The position numbers and the translations under genes were made by a program. This document shows, piece by piece, positions 35,689-48,970 of a stretch of 64,000 bases of DNA (position 1 is its first letter; each line of letters opens with the position of its first letter). The notes under the pieces were generated by a model. It was not told the DNA's origin, made no database searches, and saw only the letters and a list, made by a program, of their open reading frames with translations. Origin of the DNA: Parasitella parasitica NRRL 2501 (taxonomy: Eukaryota > Fungi > Mucoromycota); NCBI GenBank assembly GCA_025201805.1, contig MU619267.1, positions 102,020-166,019 of the forward strand, in the 5' to 3' direction.

Positions 35689-37006
35689 ATAAAACACTGT
35701 TATATCAACCTGCATCAAGTACTAATTTTCCAAATGTTTTAAAAAAGAGTATATCATATAATGTTTCTAGAGCCAAAAATACTGAATGCACCAGGGCTGT
35801 GATCTCGCTTAGTACATGTAGTCTAATCAAAAGACTTTTGCACAGCAGATTTATTAAAAATGCCCAGCAATCGGGATAGATAGTCCTTGAATAAAATAGT
35901 AGATATTGCACTGGAAGAAAAAAAAAAAATGTCTAGATTTTCCAAGTAATTTATCATATGCAAATAGATTACCTTGTTGATCAGAGATAATGCCTTTGCT
36001 TAGGAGCCAACTTTGACAACACCAATTTTAGGTTATACAAGTCATCTGTCTGTAGGTAGATATTGGCAAGTAAACATGTTGTTAGATTATGGTTCTAATT
36101 GCTGAAGTCCTTTGTAATCGTCGATAAAAATATAGTTATTTTAATATGTTTTTCAGAGTTGTTGAAAGTCAAGAAGAATCTCAACATTTCTGACTATCGA
36201 CACGATGCGCCTGGCAGCATCCTTTGATGGCTTATACAGCATGGTACTTGATAGACGATTTATGCATATTATACCATATGAACAACATTTGAGGGATGGG
36301 TATATGTTGCACAAGATGCTCCACGTTTTGCTTCTTCTTTGTGTGAGTAAATCAGGTTTACCATGACGACGATAAATTAATAGGAGAAAAAAGGGGGAAT
36401 ATGCCATATGTATATAATCTGAGACTCAACAGGAGGATGGAATCTAATGAAGATCCCAGGTCAAGTTGTAAGCGTCGAGAACCGGGAAAGCTGGGCTAAA
36501 TCATGCTGGCATCCTATATATTCATGATGCGCAAAATGATACACAACATGTCAGTAAAACTAGTGTTGTATGCCTGTGTACAGAGATTGGTGTTGCCCAC
36601 GTTTTGAATGTATGTCGGAGATGGTGTAACTAAATTATATTGATCACATCAGTTTCCATTCAGTTTGAAACGAAAATGGATGTCAAATGAAATGGTAGAG
36701 CGTTTCATATGTCAATGCCTCGGCAGTACCAACATATAATCGCTGCTGTGCGTCAATTGCATTTTTTTTTTTTCAGTAGGTACATGTTTACAAAACAAAG
36801 ATGTGCTTGAAGTTTTTAAGATGGCGATAAACAGCAGGTCTAAAAGAGCATCGCAGAGCTTCTGTCACGCGCTGATTGCCTCAATCCAGAAAGGCTATTC
36901 ACTAATTATATCAACTCCTGTTGATTTTTCTTCTTCTTATTCCTCTTCTTTTGCTTCCTATTTAACTTTTACTTTTCATCAGCCATCTCCACTTGGACCG
37001 TACAAC

Positions 37007-39653
37007 ATGGCTGCTGAATTTATACGTCAACAGCAGCAGCAGCAGCAGCATCCGCAACATACACCGACGCAATCGCCAGAGATAAAGAGAAATGCCAGTC
37101 TGTCAAGAGAGCCCAGAACGCCTCCTGTAAAAGTGATTGGAAACTACACAATGCAGCAAAGCATAGGCAAAGGAAGCATGGGCAAAGTGAAATTAGCCAC
37201 ACACAATGTAACTGGCGAGAGGGTGAGTGAGAGATATATACTCAGGAAATGTAACAAAAACCAATCTAAAAATAACCTCTACTATAAAACAGATTGCCAT
37301 TAAAATTGTCCCCAGAGCCAATCTGCAAATACTGAATGCGCCAAATCATCATACAAACGGGAAAATAGCGCAACAAATTGCCAAAGAAAAGGCAAGAGAG
37401 GAAAACCGCGAAGTGCGAACAATCCGGGAAGCACACATCATGATGCTGCTGAAGCATCCAAACATTGTTGGCATGAAAGACTTGGTGGTGCATGGCCCTT
37501 ATTTCTACATTTCGATGGACTATGTAAACGGCGGGCAGCTGCTGCATTACATTGTAAAACGACAGAGACTCTCTGATAGTAGGACTCGGCAGTTCTCCAG
37601 ACAAATCGTCAGCGCGCTGGACTATTTGCACAGAAACTCAATCGTGCACAGAGATTTAAAGATTGAGAACATCATGATCGACAAATCCGGAAGACACATC
37701 AAAATCATTGATTTCGGCTTATCCAATCTATTCTGTCCAGAGCGGCAACTGACAACTTACTGCGGGTCGCTCTACTTTGCTGCCCCAGAATTGCTGAAAG
37801 CTAACCCTTATAGTGGTCCTGAGGTAGACGTTTGGAGCTTGGGTGTGGTTATCTATGTCATGGCAACTGGCTCTGTTCCCTTTGACGACAAAACAATGCC
37901 CGGACTCCACGACAAAATCAAGCGGGGCCAAGTAACGTATCCTGCCCATCTTAGCGATGACTGCAAAAACCTATTGTCTCGCATATTCAACACTGATCCG
38001 TCCCAGCGCATTATTATGACTGATATCGTTCACCACCCTTGGATGAATAAGGATGCTGCTCCTATCAACAACTACATGCCCCCGTCAAGGAAACCCTTGG
38101 CGCTACCATTGAATCCAAAGGTGATCGAGAGAATGTCCCAAGGATTTAACTTGGGCTCGCCAGAAGAGATTGAGCGCCGGCTTACTCTGATCATCCAATC
38201 TCCAGTATACCATGAAGCTATGAAGCATATTTCAGACTGCTATGCCAGAAGAACGCTTACCCCACCGCTCAATTATGGTGAAATCAACTTTGGCATTATT
38301 TATGACGATCCACAGTCTGTGCCTGCCGCATACCATCCGTTTTTATCTCTTTACTATCTAGCTTCAGAGAAACTGGCTGCCATTGAAGCTGAAGCACACC
38401 ATAGCCGAGTACCTACCATTCGTTCGAGTCTATCAAGAAAGGCATCTGTGGAATCAATGGGTGGCTATTCCTCTGCTCGTAGTAGCCAAGCTTCTTTAGT
38501 TGGTGCTGATGAGCAGCCTTCATCAAATGGAACTCGATTACTCACTGAAGTTCCTCTTGGTCACACTCCCGTCATACCTCCTCCCAGCTCTGGCATCAAG
38601 CTACCTGGGAATGGAAGCATGTCAGGGTTTGTTTCTCAACCCGCTGCTATTGGCTCTGCAAACTATCTTAGTCGCATTCAACGCTGGCTTCGTTCGTCCT
38701 TATCGACACATCATCTTCCTGATGAACCAAAGAGTCAGAGTGTCTCTGCTCCACCTTCTCCACCTCAGCGACTTGAAGATATCAAACACGATGAGGTTGA
38801 TCCTATCATGTACAATTCTTCATCATCAGCCAACAGCAGCAGGTTACCCACACCTTCTCACTCCACGGACGATAAAGAAAATGCAGCATCACATTCACCA
38901 AATGAAAGTTTCCAGAGCGCTTCCAATGTTGAGACCCTGCCAATTGCAGATAAACAGCAGCCACCTACACCAGCCGGAAGCAAATCGCTGTTTCGCAAAT
39001 TATCTCATGCAGTTTTCCGTAAAAACTCTACCAAATCGCTGAACAAGAAGGCTAGCAACGTCAGTGCTACAAATACCGTAAGCGATCACAGCACCAGCGA
39101 GGAGGAAGTTGTATCGGTTGCAATTGCCGACAAGGCAGTGGTAAACGACCAAGTACCACCACCAGTCCCGCCCAAAGATCTCAAGTATACGATCCAAACG
39201 CCCCCTGGAGTGGTTAAAACGTCGCAGCAATTACCGCCAGGCATGTCAATAGCTACAGTAACATCTCGCCAGACAGCCCATACCATCGATATCAGTGCGA
39301 TCAACAGCAATAACTGTAACAACAGTGGCACTGGTGCCATTGCTCCCACTCTATCTCATTTCACTGCTAATACTATAACCACTACAAATATACCAACACC
39401 CATTGCATCTAAAATGGCCAAATGCGACGATACTTTACAAATACAAAGTCAACAAAAGCAAGAGGGCCACTTGCTGTCCCAGCCTGCACCCAGCATTTCT
39501 AGATCGGCTTCCATGGCTATTTCTCTGCGCCGAAAAGGATCGGTTTCCAAATTGACTGGAAAGCTTGGTTCTTGGCTCAACAGATCTTCTTCGTTTAATC
39601 AGCATGGTAACAAAAAAAACACCACGGGTAGACTGAACAAAAACGAAGCCTAA
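37007..39653 (+). CDS. KIN1: Kin1/Kin2-like (MARK/Par-1 family) Ser/Thr kinase, one intron at ~37223-37292
   Basis: GKGSMGKVKLA, AIKIVPR, REVRTIREA, HRDLKIEN, DFGLSN, TYCGSLYFAAPELL and the AYHPFLSLYYLASEK segment typical of Kin1. Confidence 0.85.
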
Positions 39654-40793
39654 GGTCTCATGTATACATTTTCGATAGACAAAACAATTATTTTCTTTTG
39701 TCTTTTTTTTTATATATATATATATGTATATACATAGTATTGCTAAATCGTTCATATTTATATATATATATATATATATATATTATATTTCTATAAAGTG
39801 GCACAACATGTATCTTGGACATTTTTATTGATAATCACCAAGGGGACCTCATACAAAAGTCTAGAATTGCTATTGTCCTGTACTACATTATCGAAAGTTG
39901 CGGGAAACACAGGCAGTGCTACGAGGTTAAATTACAGTATTATACCATTTTATTAATAGACTTGTGTATTTTGCATGCAAAAGCTTCCAATTCTATAGAT
40001 TCCATCAATCTTGTATGCATTTGAAGTCCTGAATTCGATTCACGTATTTGTATATCATATATGTACAAATCAAACATTAATCTATTACAAGCAGGACAAA
40101 CCTTGCAAGTCTAGGTACTTTGCATTTATACAAAATTAACTGTGTTGCATCGAACTATTATAAATACATCAAGCATTGCACATTTTTGAAAAACGGCAAA
40201 AAAATGGGCTATATCCAACATTTGTGTTATTTACCCTGCATGAACCATATACGAAAAGTTATCCGCAAAATGCTGTAAACTTCATATAAAAAATGCATAT
40301 TTCTATAAACACTAAATCAAGGAATGTGTTATTGGCGTCAGAATCAAAGGCGTCCTATTTCTCTAGTAAGCAAAAGAGTTATCAGCCAATAGAGCCTTCA
40401 ACTAATTAGCAATCCTAATAATCAAAAGTCTAAAGAAAATATGGGCAACTGATTTATTGGGGGGGGGGGAATTTGAGTCAGACAACACACGCTGCAGAAG
40501 AGACTTGCAGTGGCCGATGAAAAGAGAAGGGAAAAGCTGAAGAATTGCCCTACAATTTTAGCTATGATCCACTGATTTGAGCAGTGAGCTCTGGATTTTG
40601 TTGCTGTTTTCGTGTCTCGAGGTTTTTAACCACACACTATACCTTTGAGTTACTTGCGAATGAGACCAACACTTATGAATAAGGGGTTAAACGGATTAGC
40701 CGTCGATTTTTTAAAGGCAAGTGTTTTTGCTGACAACGCTTCCAATGCGCTTCTTTCTCACGCTTGCTACCATTTTACATTTGTTTAGTATAC

Positions 40794-41660
40794 ATGTCAG
40801 TACGGGAGATCTTGGAAAATATACAATACAAACAGGATATTGCCACCGATATATGGTACATTGTAGCTGTAAAGTGGACGATACGATACTAATTTGGAGA
40901 GATTATTGACGGATATGTAAACAATAGGCGGTTGTTATGAGCGCAGTAAACAAACCAGAAGACGTCAGCCATGTTTACAATATCATATCCGAGAGAGTAG
41001 AGAGAACCAAAGACATGACAATCGAAGAGAAGAACAGACTGATTGCTGCAATTGTCCTCAAACTGAGAGAAGCTATACTGAAAAGCTACATTATTATTGG
41101 TTTTCCAAAGGTAAATTATACAGCAAACAAGATTGTTGTGATTTGAAAATTAACGTGGCAAAAGACTATCAACACATTGCAGCAATTAGCCAACGCTACA
41201 CCTGAAAAGATCAAGACATTATTGCCCAAGAAGCCACTTCGGTAGGTCAATGTACATTCTCGATTCGTCTCTGTGCAGCTGACTAGAGCTTGTTAGCAAG
41301 GAAGAATCGTGGTCAGATGTACAAAATGAAAGGCAAAGAGGAAAAGCGTTGTTTGGCGCCATTTATGAACGCCACACAGACAAAGTGATTAAAAACATGT
41401 ACAATACGCATCCAGATTTAGCGCAGACAGCGCTTTACCAACTGTATGGGCCCACTCTTGGCGAGACGTCTGTTTTGAACGCCAAAGAAACCAGTCTTGT
41501 AACAGTGGCAGGCTTAATGATCACCAACGTCCCGCTTCAATTGGTAGGACACAGCTATGGGGCTCTACATAATGGAGCTTCACAGTCGGATATCCAGCAT
41601 GTCCAGTCTATTGTGTCTGAATTGGGGGCTCATTACAAATTTCCTGTGGCCAAATTATGA
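40794..41660 (+). CDS. AhpD/carboxymuconolactone-decarboxylase-like protein (Pxp2-like) with C-terminal AKL
   Basis: WYIVA-AVVMSAVNKPE, KLREAILKSYIIIGFPK-TIN, RQRGKALFGAIY, HPDL and ETSLVTVAGL...QLVGHSYGALHNGAS. Confidence 0.75.
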
Positions 41661-42025
41661 ATCGAGGATGGAGAATTGCATTTAGATAGCAATAGGCCGT
41701 AGAAAGTGTATCCTAATAAAATATCGTGTTGCTGCTACGTGCAATACAATGTTCAAACATGATTCTATTAATCCCTGGACTCTCCTCGCGCAGAACAAGC
41801 AAAGTTCAAGTATATGATACGGCCATTGCGGCTACAGTAGACAGCTGAAAGAATAAAGCTACAGAATCATGCAATTAACCGTATACCATGATTGGGGGGA
41901 CAGAATCCAGCAATTGACATCTGTAAGGCATAATCTTTTATCCGCATTTGATCAAAATAAAAAAGTGGGCTTGGTGAAAGGATGCGTTTTTTCCTCTTCT
42001 TCCACAAAAATAAAAATAGCAAAAC

Positions 42026-44185
42026 ATGGAAGAAACCGATATCATAAACGCTGCTTATGACGAAGCCAACAACCGCTCTCTCCAACCACCTGCTACACAT
42101 TCTGATGTGTCTCAAAAGCAGTTTGAGGATGGCAGAACCTTGCTGGATGACCAAGGAAGACCTAATATCAGCCGTACACCGTCTGCTGTTCACATTACGC
42201 ATAAAGAGACGCTTCTGGATTCAGATACAAGCCATGCAAAGGTAATGGGATTATGAATCTGATAAGCATCTGTTGCTAAGCATCTTGTTGCCTTATTGCT
42301 GCAAATGTATGTAGGGATTCTACAATGCCAAAGATTCGAAAGATGTTGTCGACTTGATTATCGACGGTCAGCTCCCAGAGTGGCTTATTGGAGAGCATTA
42401 TACCATTGGTCCTGGTACGTATGATATAAGATACTCTAGGAAGATAGAGGTGGACGGTATGCTTCAGAGCGCAACAGCCACTTTTACGCTGGGTCATTGG
42501 TTTGATGCGTAGGTGTTTGTATTTTGCTGATAAGGTTGTACAATGCATTGATTTTATCCTACAGACTTCCTCTTGTGAATCGCTTTGATATAAACGGTGA
42601 AAGAAATACGATTACCTACCGCCACCATCTAGTCAACAAAAAGCTGGGAGAAAAGATACGCGACCACCATGGCTATGCACCCAACTATCCTGCTGGACTG
42701 TTTAAAACACATGCCAACCAAACCATGCTGATCAAGCTTTTGAATAACGGAAAGGCTTTGAAACCAGATCGCATTCCTTGCGGACAGCGAATTACAACAT
42801 CTCTTCCTGGCATCGACGGAAGACTATTCTGTCAAGATTTTGCCAACCACGTAAGGCATATTTTTATCCTCCAAAGCGACACAGAGCCTGATTACTAAAC
42901 CACCCCTCGTCCGTAGATTCAAGAGTTGGATCCCTTTGACTTGACGCCGACTCGAGTTGAGACGTGGGATAGCTTGAACCCTGAACTGAAAGGCTACAGT
43001 TCTTGCCCCAATGGCCAATGCGATGCAGAAACAGGCGAATATATCAATTTCACCATGGAAATAGGATATCGATCCACAAAATACCACTTCTTTTCTGTTT
43101 CTGAGCAGCATCCAAAGGGCGAGCCTATTGCCACCATCTGGAACGCACCGACCGGCTGGGTAAACAACTTTGCATTGACAGCCAACTATATCGTCATGGT
43201 GATCCACCCTATGCTGGCTAATTCGAGTGCTGTCAGATTTGCTTGGTCTGAAAGTATTTTGGATTCGTTCAACTTTTACCCATCCGAACCCACCTTGTTC
43301 TACGTCGTGTCGCGCAAAGATAAAGATGTCATTGCCTGTTACAGGGCGGCGGCATGCTTTTCTTTCAACCAAGTAAACGCCTACGAGGACGTTCACGGCA
43401 ACGTGATTATCGATATGGTTTGCTACGAGAACGATGCCATTACACAGCAATTGTCTACCGAGAATTTGCGCCACCCAGAGACAATGGGAAAACTGGCCTT
43501 CTCCCAACTAAGAAGATACACTTTGAACCAGCCACAACATGACGCCCACAAGACGTACATTGCCAACAACTCCTTCATCCCGTCTGCTATCGGCATTACA
43601 TCACGAATTGGCTCTGTTTGGAATTACTTTAGTGGAGGATCAAATCAACCAGAAAACGCAGTAGGGTCAAGTGGATGGCATGCTTGGATGCCTGTGATTG
43701 GGTTTGAGAGTCTAGTTGAGAGTGCACTAGAACTACCCCAGGTTAACCCTCGATACAAAATGAAGAATTACACATTTATTTACGGCCTTGGCTTCAATGA
43801 GACCAGCTCGACCCAAGAAGGCAAACTTTGGGATACCATCACCAAGATTGTAAGTGTCTGGATTCAGTGTTGGTATGCAAGTTGTTGACATTACTTTGTA
43901 TACTAGGACGTCCGTTCCAATGCTGTAGTGGCATGGTGGCATGAAGACAACTGCTATCCCAGCGAGGCACAATTTGTACCTAAACCAATTAAAGCAGGAG
44001 AAGATAAAATGACGGAAGAAGATGCAGGTGTATTGATTAGTGTAGTCATGGATTCTGCAAGAGCCACTTCGTTTGTGTTGGTTTTGAATGCACAGGATCT
44101 TGCGGTGCTTGCCAGAGTCGAGCTCAACAAATTGATCCCTCTCAGTTTTGCTCATGGCAGCTATCGACTAACAAGAAGCAACTGA
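42026..44185 (+). CDS. Carotenoid oxygenase (RPE65/CCD family) homolog with a degenerate iron site
   Basis: GQLPEWLIG..GPG, HWFDALP, ELPQVNP, YPSEAQFVP, EEDAGVLISVV, FVLVLNAQDL and SFAHGSY. Confidence 0.88.
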
Positions 44186-44434
44186 ATTGTTTAAGGAGTC
44201 TTTTTGTTCCCCTTGTAGATGTCTGGATCTGCCCCCCTTCTTTTTGACCCCTCGCCCGTCTTTCTTTTCTTGCCTTTGTGTCAGATTTCATGAATTAATA
44301 AATGTGCAAGCTTTGATATTTTCATTATTTGTCACCCTTTATTAAAAATGCTAGTTTTAGATCTTCTTTTCAACAACAACAACATCAACTGAAATCATTA
44401 CATGATAATCTTTTATTAAGGGATCTTTTGCACT

Positions 44435-44475
<41 letters not shown>

Positions 44476-44490
44476 CTCTTTTGCTTCAGA

Positions 44491-45833
44491 ATGTTTCCAA
44501 TCTACACATCAGATTCAGCTGCATCCTTAAAGACAGCAGCATCAGCACCACCAAATCGACACGGACATGCCCGAAAATTGAGCCACGTTCAATTCGGAAA
44601 AAGATCGTATATACATGACGAGTACGCCTCTTCATCCTCACTGATGATACCCTTTGATGAGCTGCATCCTTCACGTAAAAAAGTAGATTCATTGTCAAGC
44701 GACATTACTGCTGCACATAGGACCACCACCACCACCACCACTGCTGCTGCTGCTGCTACTGCTGCTGCGAATTCGACACTGTCGTCTGCAGGCTCTTGCT
44801 CCCTCCATGAAAAAAGCCGCCAAGCACAGCAATCATCTCCAAAAAACAGACATTGGATGCTGTCCTGCAACTATTGGGGACCTTTTTCAAAAGGAGAGCA
44901 TTGGCCATTGTTCACCTACTTGATGGTCATGTTTACGATGATTATATTTTCAGGCGAGATGCTGCTAAGCAAGCAGAGCTCAGGGGAATTTTTCGAGCTG
45001 GAGCCATTCAACTACATGTTGGGTCCGTCGATGGAAATCATGATTCAGGTGGGTGCTCGCTTTGCTCCGTGCATGCGACACGTCGATTCAATGCCGCCTG
45101 AAGAACGTTACGTTTGTCTGCACACGATCGCCGAGAAAAACAAGACTCCGGCTGCTGCCGCTGCTGCTACTGCTGTGGCTGCATTGGGTAAAAACAATAG
45201 CCTGACCATGGGTGGTGGACAGTCTCTGCTGCTGCTGGATCCAGTCGTCAATCTAGCGGACCCTCGGTTGCTCAATTCAAGCTGTTCGCTTCAGTCCATT
45301 TGTGGCATGACGACATTCCATCAGAACAAAGTGCCAGATCAGACGTATCGCTTGCTGACGCCCTTATTCATCCATACTGGCCTGATACATTTGACAATCA
45401 ATCTAGCCGTGTTGATTGTACTGGGAGCCAAGGTGGAAAGAATACTAAACTGTTTACGGTTTTCCGGCAAGTTTTTTTTTTCCAATATTTTTGTATAAGC
45501 ATTATACACACATCTAATGTTTATCATGCGTGCTGTAGTGCTGTATCTCGGATCTGGAGTATTTGGTCATGCACTAGGCGCTAATTTTGCTCCTCCTACT
45601 ACCCGTAAGCCTTCCAAGATATTGTTGGAATGTCAATAGTCTATTTACATCATAACTTGCATTTAGCTTTTTTGGGTTTTAGTTGCTCCTTATTCGGCCT
45701 ACTGGGCTTTTTATACATTGATTTAATACACAATTGGAGACTTTTAGAACAACCTATTCGCTACCTGATCAAGCTGCTGCTCGGAACTGCTCTCAGCTTT
45801 ATTCTGGGATTACTGCCTGGGTANNNNNNNNNN

Positions 45834-45874
<41 letters not shown>

Positions 45875-46250
45875 AACAAAACAACAACACACCAGTGTTT
45901 CTTATGTATGCACTAACGACATATGAGCAGTGTGGATACTTTCTCGCATTTGGGAGGATTTGCAGCAGGAATCATACTGAGCTTAGTTTTGCGGCCTCCT
46001 ATCCAGCTGGATGCTCAGACAGGTGGCAAGAAGAAACTGGTTTTCCTCTACCTGGCAAGACTGTTGTGCCTTTGTTTATATGGATTACTGCTAGGAATCC
46101 TGGTGCATCATTTTACAACAAGCAAGATTGATGAGGTATGTATACCGATATAGCTCACAAAAATATAATCTGACCAATTGACATTACATGTAGGAATGCC
46201 CTTACTGCCGATATCTTTCTTGTCTGCCCATTAATGGGTTTTGTGATTAG
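44491..46250 (+). CDS. Rhomboid-family intramembrane protease, multi-exon
   Basis: NYMLGPS..GARFAPCMR, DQTYRLLTPLFIHTGLIHL, GFSCSLFG (catalytic Ser), VDTFSHLGGF (catalytic His) and a C-terminal CPYCRYLSCLP. Confidence 0.88.
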
Positions 46251-46428
46251 AAGAGACAGATAGAGACAACAAGCCTTTTTTATTTATTTATTTTTATTTA
46301 TTATTATTTCGTTATTTGGAGAGAGAATTCAGTTTTTTTTAATGTGGTTATTTATACGAGGGAGAGAGAGAGAGATAGAAAATGTGGTTTTGTACTGTTA
46401 AAAGAAGAAAATATATCGTTTAAATTGT

Positions 46429-46729
46429 CTAGTTCTCTTCAGGGATTGTATCATCTGTCATAACGCCTCTCAGTCGACGCTCCTTTTCATTTTCCAGTTG
46501 TCCATAAAGTAGATAAAGCGCACGCTCGTTAGCCTCAGGAGTGCCTTGAATAGTGAACATTCTTTCTCCAGATTCGTCGTGAGGAACTTTGGCAATTGAA
46601 ATTCTGGAGCCAGAGAGTCTGCGGATCTCGCTGATCTTGGAGCCACCTTTACCAATGATGCAGCCTACCATGTCGGAAGGAATCGAGATGTTTTGGGTGC
46701 GCACATTAGGATCATTCAAAAACTCTTGC

Positions 46730-46766
<37 letters not shown>

Positions 46767-47742
46767 GGTGTTGCTGGTGTTGCTGGTGTTGCTGGTGTTG
46801 CTGGTGCTGCTGTTGTTGTCTTTCAAAATCATGGTTGCTGAAATCAGAGCCATTACCTGTGCGGACTACATTGTGCTGTATGCGATGATCATTCAGGCTG
46901 TTTATATTGGTGTTGGCTTTGGTGGGATTGTATAGGATCGTACCGTATGCTCTTTCTTTATCCTCAATCAAGCAATGGCCAATCTCCAGGACGGCCTTAT
47001 CAATTGCATCCACAGTGCCTCTCACTTCAACAACACGCTCAGTACTCTGGGGTAGTAAAGTCTTTGAAGCAATCATGCGGACGCCAGATGTGTCTTGAAT
47101 GTGCTTGATCTTGGCTCCCTGGCGACCAATGACTGTCCCCATTAAATTATGAGAAATTAACAGACGAATCGTAGCTACTGCATTGCTGTTGTTGTCGTTA
47201 CTGGTGTTGTTAGTGGTGGAGGTGGTGGAGGTGGTGGAGGTAGTGGGTAATGGTGAGATGGGATTATCCAATAATGTTTGCGCAATCAAAGAATAGGCCT
47301 TTGACACACCTTCCAATGTACCGGTGACAGTCAAGACGCGATCATGGACACCTTGAACCACCTTTGAAACACCTGCCTTTACTCCAGTTGTATCTCTCAT
47401 CTCGGCAACATTTTTGCCGCCTATATACATGTGCGTATATAAAAAGAGTTAATCCACCTGCTTCGCCTTGAATGCAAGTGAAAACAATTACAAACCTTTG
47501 CCAATAATAACACCTGCTTCTTTGGTAGAAACAAGGGCACGAAGAGTCAGAGCCGAGTCATCCATGGTAATGCTCGAATGATGATCGTCAAAATTTTCTT
47601 GAGTTGCATCCGGGAAATGGTCTTCAAAATTACTGTTGTTGATCGCATGGGTGGTAGGTGTACTGGGTGCATTGTTTGTTGTGATAGTATTGCTAGTTGC
47701 AGCGTTGCTGATGGTGGTGGTATTATCTGGAGTTGTCAACAT
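46429..47742 (-). CDS. Triple-KH-domain RNA-binding protein (hnRNP K/Hek2/Pbp2-like)
   Basis: Three GxxG KH motifs: GVIIGKG-GKN, GTVIGRQGAKI and GCIIGKGGSKI. One intron. Confidence 0.92.
46728..46818 (-). repeat. Coding polyQ/QQH microsatellite, (CAA)n and (CAGCAACAC)n
   Basis: (TGT)n and TGCTGGTGT repeats on the plus strand, inside the KH gene. Confidence 0.9.
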
Positions 47743-48970
47743 TTTCTTCTATTGCGGTAGGAATGATGGATCTGTCACAATTAACGCGTTACAATCCTCC
47801 TATCTCTAATAAATTGGTTTACATTTTTCTTTTTACCTAGATTGCTATTTTAAATATGCACGTATCAATACAATTAGTAGCAATGATATAACAAAAAAAA
47901 AACGATGATAATGCCAATTGAATTGAAAAGGNNNNNNNNNNNNNNNNNNNNNNNNNNNNNNNNNNNNNNNNNNNNNNNNNNNNNNNNNNNNNNNNNNNNN
48001 NNNNNNNNNNNNNNNNNNNNNNNNNNNNNNNNNNNNNNNNNNNNNNNNNNNNNNNNNNNNNNNNNNNNNNNNNNNNNNNNNNNNNNNNNNNNNNNNNNNN
48101 NNNNNNNNNNNNNNNNNNNNNNNNNNNNNNNNNNNNNNNNNNNNNNNNNNNNNNNNNNNNNNNNNNNNNNNNNNNNNNNNNNNNNNNNNNNNNNNNNNNN
48201 NNNNNNNNNNNNNNNNNNNNNNNNNNNNNNNNNNNNNNNNNNNNNNNNNNNNNNNNNNNNNNNNNNNNNNNNNNNNNNNNNNNNNNNNNNNNNNNNNNNN
48301 NNNNNNNNNNNNNNNNNNNNNNNNNNNNNNNNNNNNNNNNNNNNNNNNNNNNNNNNNNNNNNNNNNNNNNNNNNNNNNNNNNNNNNNNNNNNNNNNNNNN
48401 NNNNNNNNNNNNNNNNNNNNNNNNNNNNNNNNNNNNNNNNNNNNNNNNNNNNNNNNNNNNNNNNNNNNNNNNNNNNAAAAAAAAAAAAAAAAAAAAAAAA
48501 GTGAATATATTACATTTTGATATGAAAACATATAACGGATGTCATTATATCATGTTTAATATGAAATTGCACTATAAAGAGTTTGACTTTGAAGTATATG
48601 ATAAAATCGTTATTTAAAAAATCACATCTATAGCACACATATTCCGATGCTACGTTTATTTGTGAATATAATATAGAAATCTAGTGCACACACGATATCT
48701 CGTTATAATGGTTTTTACGAATTTCTAAAGTTGTGGCAGTTAGGAGGCATTCAGAGGGATTAGCGTAACCTAAACTTTCTTTGCAGCATTAGGAAACTGA
48801 CATTAACTGCCATTGTCTGGTGCAACATTGCGAACTACAATCATCATATAAATGCCACCCTCCCACTTTTATCGTACCCTTCAAACAGTTCCAATTGGTA
48901 TAAGTAAATAATATTTGAAGTCGGTTTATATCAAAGTTTTAGAAATCACAGTTTCATAACAAATTGTAGT

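Noticed and set aside
42824-43507. 227-aa antisense ORF, and similar shadow ORFs over other genes
   Set aside because: It lies opposite a well-supported gene and has no motifs of its own.
47845-48531. Long ORFs made of X residues (also 24445-24966 and 50195-50666)
   Set aside because: They are open only because they read through N gaps.
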